Shown here: positions 47,329 to 56,832 of the stretch, piece after piece
Position numbering within the stretch: position 1 is the stretch's first letter
Layout of the letters: each line of letters starts with the position of its first letter
NCBI GenBank assembly: GCA_040005235.1
Contig: JBDTZG010000001.1
Coordinates: forward strand, 224,001-288,000
Direction: 5' to 3'
Length of the DNA stretch: 64,000 nucleotides
DNA from: Acidobacteriota bacterium
GTDB lineage: Bacteria; Acidobacteriota; Thermoanaerobaculia; Multivoradales; UBA5704
The notes under the pieces: generated by a model
The model's input: only the letters and a program-made list of their open reading frames with translations
The model's database searches: none
What the model was told of the DNA's origin: nothing
Made by a program: the position numbers and the translations under genes

Positions 47329-49032
47329 TTACTCCCGACGGGACAGCAGGAATCGGACCAGGAACCCTGCCGACAGCGCCCCGGGCAGCAGCGCCCATAG
47401 ATTGCCCGCGGTGCCCAAAAGGGCCGCCGCGATGGCCAGGCTCCCGGCCAGAACGGCCCAACTGAGGCGCTGCATCACTTTCTCCATCCGCACGGCGATG
47501 CGGCGCGCCTCCCGGCCGGGCTCGCTGCGGATCTGGAGGGCGCCCCTTTCCGCGCGCGCCAGGAAGGCATCGAGCCGGCGCGGCAGACCGAACGCCGACC
47601 GTGCGCCGGCCCAGACCTCGGCAAGTTGGGCGGCAAAATCGCGCGATATCTCTTCTTTGGCGATCCGCTCGGCGAACGGCAGCGCCTCGGCCCAGGGGTC
47701 GAAATCGGGATCTAGACCGGTGGCGAGCCCTGCCAGCAGCCCCACCGCGCGCGACACGAACAACAGCTCCACCTGCACCTGAAACGGCATTTCGTACAGT
47801 AGGTCGCGGTACTTCCGCAGAAAATACCGAGCTTCGGACATGGCGACGTCGCGCAGCTTGCCGACGCTCACGCCCCAGAACCGGGCGAACAGCTCGGCGT
47901 GGACCTCCTCCAATCGGTCGAGGTCGGCGTCTGGCAGCAGCACGCCCGCCGCGGCGTAGGACTGGACCAGTCGCGCGGCGTCCCGCGTGCCCAGGGCGAT
48001 CGCGTATTCGCGGAGCGCGCCGCGCAGGTGGGACGGGACGGTCGCCATCATGCCGAAGTCGATGTAGATGATCCTGAACGGCCGTCCCGTGCCGGTCTCC
48101 GGCGGCGGATCGTCATCGTCGTCTAAAGGCCGGACGAACAGATTGCCCGGGTGGGGGTCAGCGTGGACGAACGACAGCTCGAAGATCTGGCGCATGGTCG
48201 AGCGGAACAGCCGGCGCGCGACTGCGGCCGGATCGATCCCGGCCTCGATCAGCCCGGCGCGGTCATTCACCTTGAGTGCGGTGACGTTCTCGGCCGCGAG
48301 CACCCGGCGGGACGACGCTTCGCGAAAGATTCGCGGCGCGCCAATCCCGGGATCGGCGGCGAACAGCTCGGCGAAGCGTTCCGCGTTGTCCGCCTCCTTC
48401 ACGAGGTCGAGTTCCGCGCGCGTGGTGGTCGAAATCTCCTCGGCGAGCCGTTCGAGGTCGACCCGGCGGCGGATCTTCCGGGAGGCCCGGAGCAGGCGGA
48501 TCGCAAGCGCCGCCGCCGCGAGATCCGTCTCGACCAGGATCTCGATCCCAGGACGGAGCACCTTGACCACCGCGGCCCGGCCGTCCAAGAGGGTCGCCGG
48601 ATGGACCTGAGCAAGCGACGCGGCGCCGAGGACTTGCGGCGAGACCTCGGAAAACGGCGAGCGGCCGGGAAACTCTTCCTCGATCCGCGCCTGGATGGCG
48701 GCGAACGGGGCTGGAGGCACCTCGTCCTGGAGCCCGGCCAGCTCCGCGGCGATCTCCGCGGGGAGGATGTCCACCCGGGTGCTCAGGAATTGGCCGATCT
48801 TGATCAGCACCCCGCCCATCTCGGCCGCGAGCCCGCGATACCTCCGGGCGATCGCCAGCCAGCGCTCGGCGGGAGAGCGGCGCAAGGGGGCGAGCGGGGG
48901 AAACGCCAAAATCACGTCCCACCAGAACGCATGGACGAACGTCCGCAGCACGAACCGGCGCAACTTTCGATACCGGCGCCGATCGCGGGCCGGCGGGGGA
49001 GAGGGCGAGGGATCTGAAATTGTCGGGGTCAA
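47329..49032 (-). CDS. ABC1/UbiB (AarF) family atypical kinase
   Basis: IKIGQFLSTRVD, LQDEVPP, AASLAQVH, VVKV, HADPHPGN, IDFGM. Confidence 0.92.
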   Translation of the reverse strand: MTPTISDPSPSPPPARDRRRYRKLRRFVLRTFVHAFWWDVILAFPPLAPLRRSPAERWLAIARRYRGLAAEMGGVLIKIGQFLSTRVDILPAEIAAELAGLQDEVPPAPFAAIQARIEEEFPGRSPFSEVSPQVLGAASLAQVHPATLLDGRAAVVKVLRPGIEILVETDLAAAALAIRLLRASRKIRRRVDLERLAEEISTTTRAELDLVKEADNAERFAELFAADPGIGAPRIFREASSRRVLAAENVTALKVNDRAGLIEAGIDPAAVARRLFRSTMRQIFELSFVHADPHPGNLFVRPLDDDDDPPPETGTGRPFRIIYIDFGMMATVPSHLRGALREYAIALGTRDAARLVQSYAAAGVLLPDADLDRLEEVHAELFARFWGVSVGKLRDVAMSEARYFLRKYRDLLYEMPFQVQVELLFVSRAVGLLAGLATGLDPDFDPWAEALPFAERIAKEEISRDFAAQLAEVWAGARSAFGLPRRLDAFLARAERGALQIRSEPGREARRIAVRMEKVMQRLSWAVLAGSLAIAAALLGTAGNLWALLPGALSAGFLVRFLLSRRE

Positions 49033-49072
49033 GGGCTTAAGGCTCGCTACCGTTGTGGCAGGATTGTCGCCG

Positions 49073-49927
49073 ATGTTCGCTCCGCCAACGACCGCCGCAG
49101 GCCCTCGGGGTGACGCGCCGTCCTCTCGAGATGACGGGCTCGTCCTCCGCTCGCTCGATACGCCGGAAGATTTTCACGCCTGTGTCGAGCTGCAACGCGC
49201 GACTTGGGGGCTGCATTTCAGCGACTTGGTTCCGGCGAGCCTGCTCAAGGTGAGCCAGAAGGTGGGAGGGCTCGCCATAGGAGCCTTCGATCCGTCCGGG
49301 GCGATGCTCGGTTTCCTGTTCGGCCTCTCCGGCGTGGTCGGCGGCCGGCCGGCGCACTGGTCGCACATGCTGGCGGTCGTTCCCGCCGCCCGCGACCGGG
49401 GTCTCGGAGTTCGGCTCAAGCGCCACCAGCGCGAAGTCCTGCTCGAACAGGGGGTCGAGGTCGTCCGCTGGACCTTCGATCCGCTCGAGGCGAGAAACGC
49501 CCACCTGAACCTCGACCGCCTGGGCGCGGGCGTCGAAAGCTACGTCGAAGAGATGTACGCGGGCGAAGAAGGCTCCGACCTCGCCGAGGGGATCGGCACC
49601 GACCGCTTCATCGTCCGCTGGGACCTCGCCTCGAAACGTGCCGAAGAGGCGCTCGCGGGCCGGCTGCCGAAAGACCCGGAGCGCTACGCGGACTCAGCCG
49701 TCGTCTCACCGGAGAACGGGATGGACGATCCGCTCCCCGAAGCGCTCCATGTCCGGATTGAAGTTCCGCGCTCAATCCAGGATCTCAAAGCCGCCAACCT
49801 CGACCGCGCCGCCGCCTTCCGGACCTCCACCCGCCGGGCCTTCGAGCACTACCTCGCGGTGGGCTATCGGGCGGACACGCTGCTCGCCGAAGGGGATCGG
49901 CGATTTTATGGATTGGTGCGGACGTAA
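49073..49927 (+). CDS. GNAT-superfamily N-acyl (succinyl) transferase
   Basis: WSHMLAV, RDRGLG, WTFDPLEARNAHLN, TDRF; directly upstream of the NSAR/OSBS gene. Confidence 0.8.
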   Translation: MFAPPTTAAGPRGDAPSSRDDGLVLRSLDTPEDFHACVELQRATWGLHFSDLVPASLLKVSQKVGGLAIGAFDPSGAMLGFLFGLSGVVGGRPAHWSHMLAVVPAARDRGLGVRLKRHQREVLLEQGVEVVRWTFDPLEARNAHLNLDRLGAGVESYVEEMYAGEEGSDLAEGIGTDRFIVRWDLASKRAEEALAGRLPKDPERYADSAVVSPENGMDDPLPEALHVRIEVPRSIQDLKAANLDRAAAFRTSTRRAFEHYLAVGYRADTLLAEGDRRFYGLVRT

Positions 49928-49938
49928 GATCCACCCCT

Positions 49939-51072
49939 ATGCGCCTCACCTCCCTCCATCTCCGCGAGATCCGGATGCCTCTTATCGAGCCGTTCCGCAT
50001 CTCTTCGGGCGTTCAGGCGATGCGGCGGATTCTTCTGGTCGCGGCAACGGATGAGGACGGCCGGGTCGGTTGGGGGGAATGCACGGCGGGGGAGGAGCCG
50101 AACTACAGCTCGGAGACGATCGATACGGCTTGGCTGGCGATCCCGGAATGGGTGGCTCCTAGGGTCTTGGGGCGCGAGATCGGCGGACCGTGTTCGGTGC
50201 GGCCGCTTCTGGAGCACAACTTCCGTGGCCATTCGATGGCTAAGGCTGCCGTCGAGGTTGCAGTTTGGGATCTGGAGGCGCAGCGGCGCGGGCTGCCGCT
50301 CGCCGTGCTGATGGGCGAAGGCCGGGGAGAGATCCGCAAGGAGATCGAAGTGGGGATCTCGCTCGGCATTCAGGCGAGCCCGCGGGATCTGGCGGAGAAG
50401 GCGGCGGCTTGCCTCGCGCGTGGTTATCGAAAGATCAAGATCAAGATTGGGCCGGGGGAGGACCTGGACTACCTGGCCGCGGTACGCGAGGCGCTGGGGA
50501 GCGAGGCGCCGCTGATGGCCGACGCCAACAACGCGTACGGCCGCGCCGATTTCGACCGGCTGGTGGCGCTCGACGAGTTTGACCTGATGATGATCGAACA
50601 GCCGCTCGCCTGTGATGACCTATTGCGTCATGCGGAGCTGCAGAAGCGGCTTCTAACCCCCATCTGCCTGGACGAATCGATCACCAACCTTGACCGGGCG
50701 GAAGACATGGTGGCGCTCGACGCGGGCCGGATCGTCAACATCAAGGTCGGGCGCGTCGGCGGCATCGCCTCGGCCCTTTCGATCCACGATTTCTGCCGCT
50801 CCCGCGGCGTCCCGGTCTGGTGCGGAGGCATGCTCGAATCGGGGATCGGCCGGGCGGTGAACGTCGCCCTCGCGGCGCTTCCCGGATTCACCATACCAGG
50901 TGACATCTCGCCGTCTGAGCGCTACTGGGAGCGCGACGTCGTCACCCCCGAATGGACGATGGACGGGCACGGCCGCATCCGCGTACCCGCCCGGCCGGGG
51001 CTCGGGGTCGCGGTCGACCTCGACCGGATCGAAGATCTCACCGCGCGCGCCGAGGTGCTCCGAACGACCTGA
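49939..51072 (+). CDS. menC: o-succinylbenzoate synthase / N-succinylamino acid racemase (NSAR/OSBS)
   Basis: Enolase superfamily: KIKIKI, DAN, EQP, DES, NIKVGRVGG, WCGGMLE, PGDIS. Confidence 0.88.
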   Translation: MRLTSLHLREIRMPLIEPFRISSGVQAMRRILLVAATDEDGRVGWGECTAGEEPNYSSETIDTAWLAIPEWVAPRVLGREIGGPCSVRPLLEHNFRGHSMAKAAVEVAVWDLEAQRRGLPLAVLMGEGRGEIRKEIEVGISLGIQASPRDLAEKAAACLARGYRKIKIKIGPGEDLDYLAAVREALGSEAPLMADANNAYGRADFDRLVALDEFDLMMIEQPLACDDLLRHAELQKRLLTPICLDESITNLDRAEDMVALDAGRIVNIKVGRVGGIASALSIHDFCRSRGVPVWCGGMLESGIGRAVNVALAALPGFTIPGDISPSERYWERDVVTPEWTMDGHGRIRVPARPGLGVAVDLDRIEDLTARAEVLRTT

Positions 51073-51126
51073 ATGGGGGAGAGGCGACGTGGGGCGAGGC
51101 ATGCCTCGCCCCCGGTCTTGCCGACC

Positions 51127-53856
51127 CTAGAAGTTGTAACGGAAGCCGAGCCGGAACTGGCGCGGCGCGTTGTAGGTGAGAGGGCTGTTGAAGTTCGAGC
51201 CGTCGCGGGTTTCGACCGTGACCGCCCGCCCCTGGTTGGTCGCGTTGAACACGTCCAGGATGATCCCCAGCCGGTCGCCGCCGATCTTCGGCTGCCACTC
51301 GGCGCGAAGGTCCACTTCGTTGCGCGCGGGCAGCCGGCGGCTGCCGCGGCGTTCGCCGTAGTAGCGGAACGCCCCTTGCTCGAAGTCGAAGCACTCGCCG
51401 TCGACCAGCAGGCAGTTGCTGCGCAGGGTGTAGGCCGTTCCTGTGAGGAAGGTGTAGTTGCCCGACAGCGACAGGTTCAGCTTCGGGATCATGTAGGTCC
51501 CTTGGATCTTCACCTGGTGCGTGTTGTCGTTGGTCAAGGCGCCATCGGCGTTGACCAGCGAGTTCGGCGTGTCGAGGAAGGCTCCCGGTCCGCCATTGCC
51601 GCCGCCGGTGCTCGAGAAGCTGACGTTGTCGATCGTTCCCCGCGATTTCGAGTAGACGTAGGAGGCGAGCAGCTGCCAGTTGTCGCGCAGCCGCCGGGTG
51701 AGGGTGACGGTCGCGGCCTTGTAAGTGCGCTTGAGGCCCTTGGGGTTGGTAATCAGGAGGACGTCGTCGGCCGAGTTCAGGTAGTTGTAGAGCGTCACTT
51801 GCTGGCCGGTGCTCACGCGGTCGCCGGTCGCCGGATCGCGCACCCCGACGAAGCCGGTCACCGGCACGAAGACGCCGTCGCGGCTGACCGTTTCGATGAA
51901 GTCCTTGTTCTCCCGGTAGACCAGCGAGGTCGAGAGGGTGAGCCCGGGAGTGAGCTCGCGGTCGTAGCCGATCAGGTACTGGTCGAGGTAGGGGTGCTTC
52001 AAGTCCTTGTCGATCGCGTATCGGCCACCCGCCCCTTCGACGACCAGATCGGTAAAGCCACTTGGGAAGATCCGCCTTTGGTCGATGCCGTGGAACGCGT
52101 CGGGATCGACCCAGTAGAAGTAGGTGCCGAACAGCGCCTCGTAATAGCGGCCGTAGTGCGCTTTGATCAGGTTCTTGCCCGAGCCGGTGACGTCCCAGGC
52201 GATGCCGATCCGCGGGGCGATCGGGTTGGTCGAATAGACGTTGCCGTTGGTGACGTCGCCGCGGTTCAGGTCGATCCGGACGCCGGGGTTGATCGTCAGG
52301 TTCGAGGTGATCCGCCAGGTGTCCTGGGCATAGGCGGAAACGCGCTTGTTGGTCGCGTGGACATCGTAGTCGCCGCCGAAATAGCCAAGGGTGTACGGGA
52401 CGTACTCGTCCGAGCCGGTCCCCGGATCGGGCGCCGTGCCGTAGTTGTCGTAGAACCAGGCTCCCGTAGTGTAGCCGTAGCGGCTGCGCACCGTCGAGCG
52501 CTCGATCTCCATGCCGAACTTGAAGTCGTGATCGCCCTTCAAGAAATCGGCCGCGTGGTGGCTGACCGAGGCGTTCGCCTGCTGGCGGTCGCGATCGGCC
52601 TTGTAGTAGTAGTAAGAGTTGTCGGAGAAATTGGTGCCGTCGTAGCGGCCGGGGATGTTGTATCCCTCGTTCGGATCGAGGTAGTAGTAGCCGGTAAAGC
52701 CGCCGTAGGCGAAATTCCAGATGGTGTCGGACGAAGTCACCTTGTGCGCCGAGAAGTTCCAAACGATCTCCGGCGCGTCTTCGGTCACCGTCGCTTCAAG
52801 CGGCGTCTGCGCGTCGCCGCCGCGGCCGGTGACGTCGAAGCGATCCCACTCGCTCCAGCCGTCGACGCTAAATGACTCGCTCGGCGCCCACGAGAGCTTG
52901 CCGAACACCCTGGGGTCGCGCTCGGTGCGGATCGGTCCGCCGTCCGACGTGTCGTCCGCGACGTACTGGCCGGAGAGGAAATACCAGAGCCGGTCCTTGG
53001 TGATCGGGCCGCCCCACTGGACGTTCGTGTCGTACGACTTGTCGGTCGTCGGAGTGAGCCCGGGGACGTCCGAGTTGTTGCCGGTGAGCGCGTCGTTCGT
53101 GAAGTAGCTCTCGACGCTTCCTTTGATCCGGTTGCCGCCGCTCTTGGTGATGCTGTTGAACACGACCCCGGTAAAGCCGCCGTATTCGGCCGGCGCACCC
53201 AGGCCGACCAGCTGGGCCTCCTCGACGATGTTGAAGTTGACGAACGCCCAGGCGGTGCCCCCTTCGGGGTCCGAGACGTCGACGCCGTCGAGCTGGTAGG
53301 CATTGGCCGAGGAGCCCCCGCCGCCGAACGCGGAGTCGTTGTTGATCCCGGGCGCCAGGTTGATCACGTCGACCTGAAAGCGGCTCGCCGGAATGTTTTC
53401 AAGGTAAGTGGTCGGCAGGTTGGTGCTGGTGCCGGAGCTTTGGACGTCGATCGTCGGCGCTTCGCCCACGACCACGAGGGTCTCTTCGAGAGCTTTGATC
53501 CCGAGCTTGATCGGCAGCTCCGTCGAGGAGCCGAGCGACAGGGTCACCCCTTCGCGCCGGACGCTCTGGAAGCCTTCGAGCGAAGCGTTGATGGTGTAGA
53601 CGCCCGGTGCGATCTCGGGGAAGCGGAAGCGGCCGTCGGAATCGGTGATGGCGGTGCGGGCGCCGCCGATCAACGCGGGGCTGGAGATTTCGACCGTCAC
53701 GCCGGGCAGGGCCTCGCCGTCGTCTCCCGCCACGCGGCCGTTGAGCGCGCTGGTGGTTTTGCTCTGAGCCCACAGATTGCCCGAGGCGCCCGCGATGAGC
53801 AGCAGAGCGGCTGCGGTTCGGGCCAATGTTTTTCGGTGCCGCGACAACATCGACAT
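51127..53856 (-). CDS. TonB-dependent receptor (Oar-like, with carboxypeptidase-regulatory-like N domain)
   Basis: LPGVTV, GVYTI, AEYGGFTG, ITKSG, YAQDTW, APRIG; C-terminal RLGFRYNF. Confidence 0.9.
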   Translation of the reverse strand: MSMLSRHRKTLARTAAALLLIAGASGNLWAQSKTTSALNGRVAGDDGEALPGVTVEISSPALIGGARTAITDSDGRFRFPEIAPGVYTINASLEGFQSVRREGVTLSLGSSTELPIKLGIKALEETLVVVGEAPTIDVQSSGTSTNLPTTYLENIPASRFQVDVINLAPGINNDSAFGGGGSSANAYQLDGVDVSDPEGGTAWAFVNFNIVEEAQLVGLGAPAEYGGFTGVVFNSITKSGGNRIKGSVESYFTNDALTGNNSDVPGLTPTTDKSYDTNVQWGGPITKDRLWYFLSGQYVADDTSDGGPIRTERDPRVFGKLSWAPSESFSVDGWSEWDRFDVTGRGGDAQTPLEATVTEDAPEIVWNFSAHKVTSSDTIWNFAYGGFTGYYYLDPNEGYNIPGRYDGTNFSDNSYYYYKADRDRQQANASVSHHAADFLKGDHDFKFGMEIERSTVRSRYGYTTGAWFYDNYGTAPDPGTGSDEYVPYTLGYFGGDYDVHATNKRVSAYAQDTWRITSNLTINPGVRIDLNRGDVTNGNVYSTNPIAPRIGIAWDVTGSGKNLIKAHYGRYYEALFGTYFYWVDPDAFHGIDQRRIFPSGFTDLVVEGAGGRYAIDKDLKHPYLDQYLIGYDRELTPGLTLSTSLVYRENKDFIETVSRDGVFVPVTGFVGVRDPATGDRVSTGQQVTLYNYLNSADDVLLITNPKGLKRTYKAATVTLTRRLRDNWQLLASYVYSKSRGTIDNVSFSSTGGGNGGPGAFLDTPNSLVNADGALTNDNTHQVKIQGTYMIPKLNLSLSGNYTFLTGTAYTLRSNCLLVDGECFDFEQGAFRYYGERRGSRRLPARNEVDLRAEWQPKIGGDRLGIILDVFNATNQGRAVTVETRDGSNFNSPLTYNAPRQFRLGFRYNF

Positions 53857-54027
53857 ACACGCCTCCTCGAAATGGCTCCCGCCCCCCGAAGGGCCGGGTC
53901 CGCGCTTGGGTGGCAGACGAAGAAACCTGGAGCGATCGTAACAGAATCGTCGCGCGAAGGAGGCGGGATGGGACGAGCGGCGAGCTGGCGGGCGGAGGCT
54001 GCCGACTCTGAGCGAAGGGCCTTCTCG

Positions 54028-55254
54028 TCAATCCTTATACGGGTCGAATTCGTCCGCCCCTGCCATCGCCACGATCAGCGGCCGCAGCGTCGCCTGAACC
54101 TCGATCGTCAAGCCTTGGGCCGCCAGCACGTCGGGCAGGCGGCGGTAGGCGTGGGGCGATTCGTCGAGACCGCCGCCGCGCAGGATCACGCCTTTTTCTT
54201 CCAGCCACTGCGCCATCATCTGGGGAGTGACCAGCCCGGCGCGGATCAGCTCGCCGGTCTTGCGGTTTCGTTTCCCCGCGGCCTGGGTGCGCGACATCAC
54301 GCGGCCGGCGCCATGGACGGTTGAGTAGAGCGACTGTTCCTGGAGTGCGCGCACTTGGGGATCGTCGCTGGTCCGTCCGACCAAGATCACCGAGTCGTCG
54401 CCCATGCTGCCGCCGACGAAGCCGCGCTGGCCCGGAAACGCCGGGGTCGCCCCTTTGCGCACGACGATCCGCTCCTCGCCGTCGTGGGTTTCGCGCCAGG
54501 CGAAATTGTGGTGGTTGTGGACCAGGTCGGTCTCTGTCCCGCCGAGGATCGACACGGTTTTCCGCGCCACCCATTCGCGGCCGGCGTAAGCGTAGCGACC
54601 GGCCAGCTCCATCAGGTGGTAATAGGCGTCGCCCGCGGGGGAGTCGAGATCGAACAGCACCTCGGTCTCCGGCACCCGGGTGCCCCAAGCCTCTCCCGCG
54701 CCGATCGCCAAAAACCCGGAGGCGACGGTATGACCGAAGCCGCGCGAGCCGAAATGGACGCCGACCCAAAGGAAACCGTCGTCGTCCACCAGCACGTCCA
54801 CATAGTGGTTGCCGCTGCCGACCGTGCCGAGCTGGGCGCGCGCCTTCTCTTTGAGGTTGCTGCGATGGTGCGCGGGAATCCCCTCCCACGCCGGATCTTC
54901 GAACAGCGGATGGCCGACCGGCGCGTCGTCCGAGTGGTTCTTGCGGCCGACGCCGAACGAGATCTCGGCCGCGATCTCGTCGGCGAAGCGGGTGAGGTCG
55001 CGCCGCTCGAACCGCTCGGCGAGGAGATCGGTCCGGATCGCGCAGTTGCCGCAGGCGATGTCGAACCCGACACCCACCACCGAGACCCGGTTCTTATACG
55101 CCGCGACGCCGCCGATCGGCATTACGTAGCCGAGGTGGCCGTCGGCCATCAGGGCGACCCGCTCGGCATGGACGGCGACATCGCGCAACTGATCCAGGGT
55201 CTTCTCTTCATGGACGCCGAACACGGCGCCGATTTTCGGGTTCACCGCCTTCAT
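54028..55254 (-). CDS. rtcB: RNA-splicing/repair ligase RtcB
   Basis: MADGHLG, DIACGN, GSGNHY, HFGSRG, HNHHN, RKGATPA, HGAGR. Confidence 0.93.
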   Translation of the reverse strand: MKAVNPKIGAVFGVHEEKTLDQLRDVAVHAERVALMADGHLGYVMPIGGVAAYKNRVSVVGVGFDIACGNCAIRTDLLAERFERRDLTRFADEIAAEISFGVGRKNHSDDAPVGHPLFEDPAWEGIPAHHRSNLKEKARAQLGTVGSGNHYVDVLVDDDGFLWVGVHFGSRGFGHTVASGFLAIGAGEAWGTRVPETEVLFDLDSPAGDAYYHLMELAGRYAYAGREWVARKTVSILGGTETDLVHNHHNFAWRETHDGEERIVVRKGATPAFPGQRGFVGGSMGDDSVILVGRTSDDPQVRALQEQSLYSTVHGAGRVMSRTQAAGKRNRKTGELIRAGLVTPQMMAQWLEEKGVILRGGGLDESPHAYRRLPDVLAAQGLTIEVQATLRPLIVAMAGADEFDPYKD

Positions 55255-55288
55255 CGCACGAGTTTAGTACCGATGGCCCTTTCCTTCG

Positions 55289-55966
55289 TCATCCGAGCCC
55301 GGCGGCTTGCGCGATCAGAAATAACCCCGAAACAATTACGACGGCCCCGACGGCACGCGCAACGCGCTCGCCGGACGGGGCGAGGCGCTCAAGCGTAATC
55401 GCCGCCGTCACGACCGCCATCGCGCGCAGGTCCATGACTCCGAGGACCAGAAGGAGCACCGTGAGAGGAGCGCAGCAGTGGAAGCACCTAAGCCCGAGGT
55501 GCAGGCCGTGCCGCCAGGCCGTGCCGGCGTCGGCCGGCAGGGTGCGACCGTGCCCGGGCTCCTCCCGACAGCAGGCGAGTTGACGCGCCTTCCACGCGGA
55601 AAGCTGGAGAAAGCCGGCGAGGAGGACGACAATGCCGATCGCGATGCGCGCGAGTGCCGGCAGCTTCATCGCGATCGTCGCGAGGGCTGCCCCGAGTGGA
55701 AATACTGCGATTCCGAACGCGGTCCAGACGAAGAAGTACCCCACGCCCACGAGCGCGGTCAGCCGGCCGAGGCGCTCTTCGCCGGTTCTTTCGGCGGCCT
55801 GGCGATAGCGCCACAGCATCGGAACCAGGGACGGCAGCATCATCGCCACCATCATCACGACCCACATGCCGAGAAACGAAGCCGCGGCGCCCGGCCAGGT
55901 CTGGCCGGGCATCCGCATCCACGCCATCGACATCGTCCAGCCGCCGGGCATCGGCATCCCGCCCAT
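55289..55966 (-). CDS. DUF2182 metal-binding integral membrane protein (possibly N-terminally shortened)
   Basis: WVVMMVAMMLPS, KARQLACCR, GLRCFHCC, LGVMD. Confidence 0.82.
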   Translation of the reverse strand: MGGMPMPGGWTMSMAWMRMPGQTWPGAAASFLGMWVVMMVAMMLPSLVPMLWRYRQAAERTGEERLGRLTALVGVGYFFVWTAFGIAVFPLGAALATIAMKLPALARIAIGIVVLLAGFLQLSAWKARQLACCREEPGHGRTLPADAGTAWRHGLHLGLRCFHCCAPLTVLLLVLGVMDLRAMAVVTAAITLERLAPSGERVARAVGAVVIVSGLFLIAQAAGLG

Positions 55967-55969
55967 CGC

Positions 55970-56734
55970 TCAGGCCGCCTTGTACTCGTCGTGGCGGCGC
56001 CACCAGACGCCCGTGTCGTTGCGCCCCTTGGGAGCGCGATCGAGCCATTGATACATGCCCCAGATCCCGTCCACCCCGCGCGAGTAGGCGGAGTAGGTGT
56101 GGTACACGACGCCGTCCTCCAGTACGAAGGCGCTCACGCCCGGCCTCTCGCGCATGTACGTGGCCGCGTCGACTCCGGACCCTGCCGCCATCTCGGCCAC
56201 CGGCCCTGCGGCCTCGGCATCCGGGGCCAACGGGCGGGCGCGGCGGTAGTTGTATTCGATGCCCCCTACGTGCTGTTGCTCCTCGGTGAACCCGACGCTC
56301 CAATCGAAGTTGAAGTCGCCGCCGAACGACGACGCCCACGGGAACGTCCAGCCCATTCGCTTCTGATAGGCCTGCAACTTCGCCCATGGCGCCCGCGACA
56401 CGGCGGCCAGCGTGACGTCGTGATTCGCGAGGTGGACCACGGTGCCGTCGAACCCGTCGGCGATCGCCGAGCAGGACGGGCATCCCGCCGCAAAGTCGGG
56501 TCCGAACATAAAGTGATAGATCAGGAGCTGCGAGCGCCCATCGAACAGATCCGCCAACGTTGCCGTCCCTTTGGCGGTTTCGAATCGGTATTCCTTGTCG
56601 ATCCGCACCCAGGGCAGCTCCTGCCGCCGCCGCGCGAGATCGTCGCTCTGCCGCGTCAGCTCCTTTTCCGCTTCGAGCAGCTCGAGCCGCGCGTCCAACC
56701 ACTCTTTTCGGGTTCCGATCTTGTGAGTCGTCAT
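55970..56734 (-). CDS. DUF899 thioredoxin-like protein
   Basis: LADLFDGRSQLLIYHFMF, GCPSCS, VSRAP, LDRAPKGR. Confidence 0.9.
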   Translation of the reverse strand: MTTHKIGTRKEWLDARLELLEAEKELTRQSDDLARRRQELPWVRIDKEYRFETAKGTATLADLFDGRSQLLIYHFMFGPDFAAGCPSCSAIADGFDGTVVHLANHDVTLAAVSRAPWAKLQAYQKRMGWTFPWASSFGGDFNFDWSVGFTEEQQHVGGIEYNYRRARPLAPDAEAAGPVAEMAAGSGVDAATYMRERPGVSAFVLEDGVVYHTYSAYSRGVDGIWGMYQWLDRAPKGRNDTGVWWRRHDEYKAA

Positions 56735-56832
56735 CGTTCGATTCTCCTTCCACCCCGGGGTGGATGTTGGTCTTGCGATAGCCTAGGCGCCGGGGTTCGA
56801 GCGGTGGGAGTGACAAATGTGACGGGATTTCA

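Noticed and set aside
51089-51113. GGGGCGAGGC-AT-GCCTCGCCCC hairpin as a novel element
   Set aside because: Ordinary REP-like or bidirectional terminator hairpin between convergent genes
54028-55254. rtcB as part of an Rtc/Ro-Y RNA repair operon
   Set aside because: No rtcA, rtcR, TROVE gene or recognisable RNA gene is adjacent
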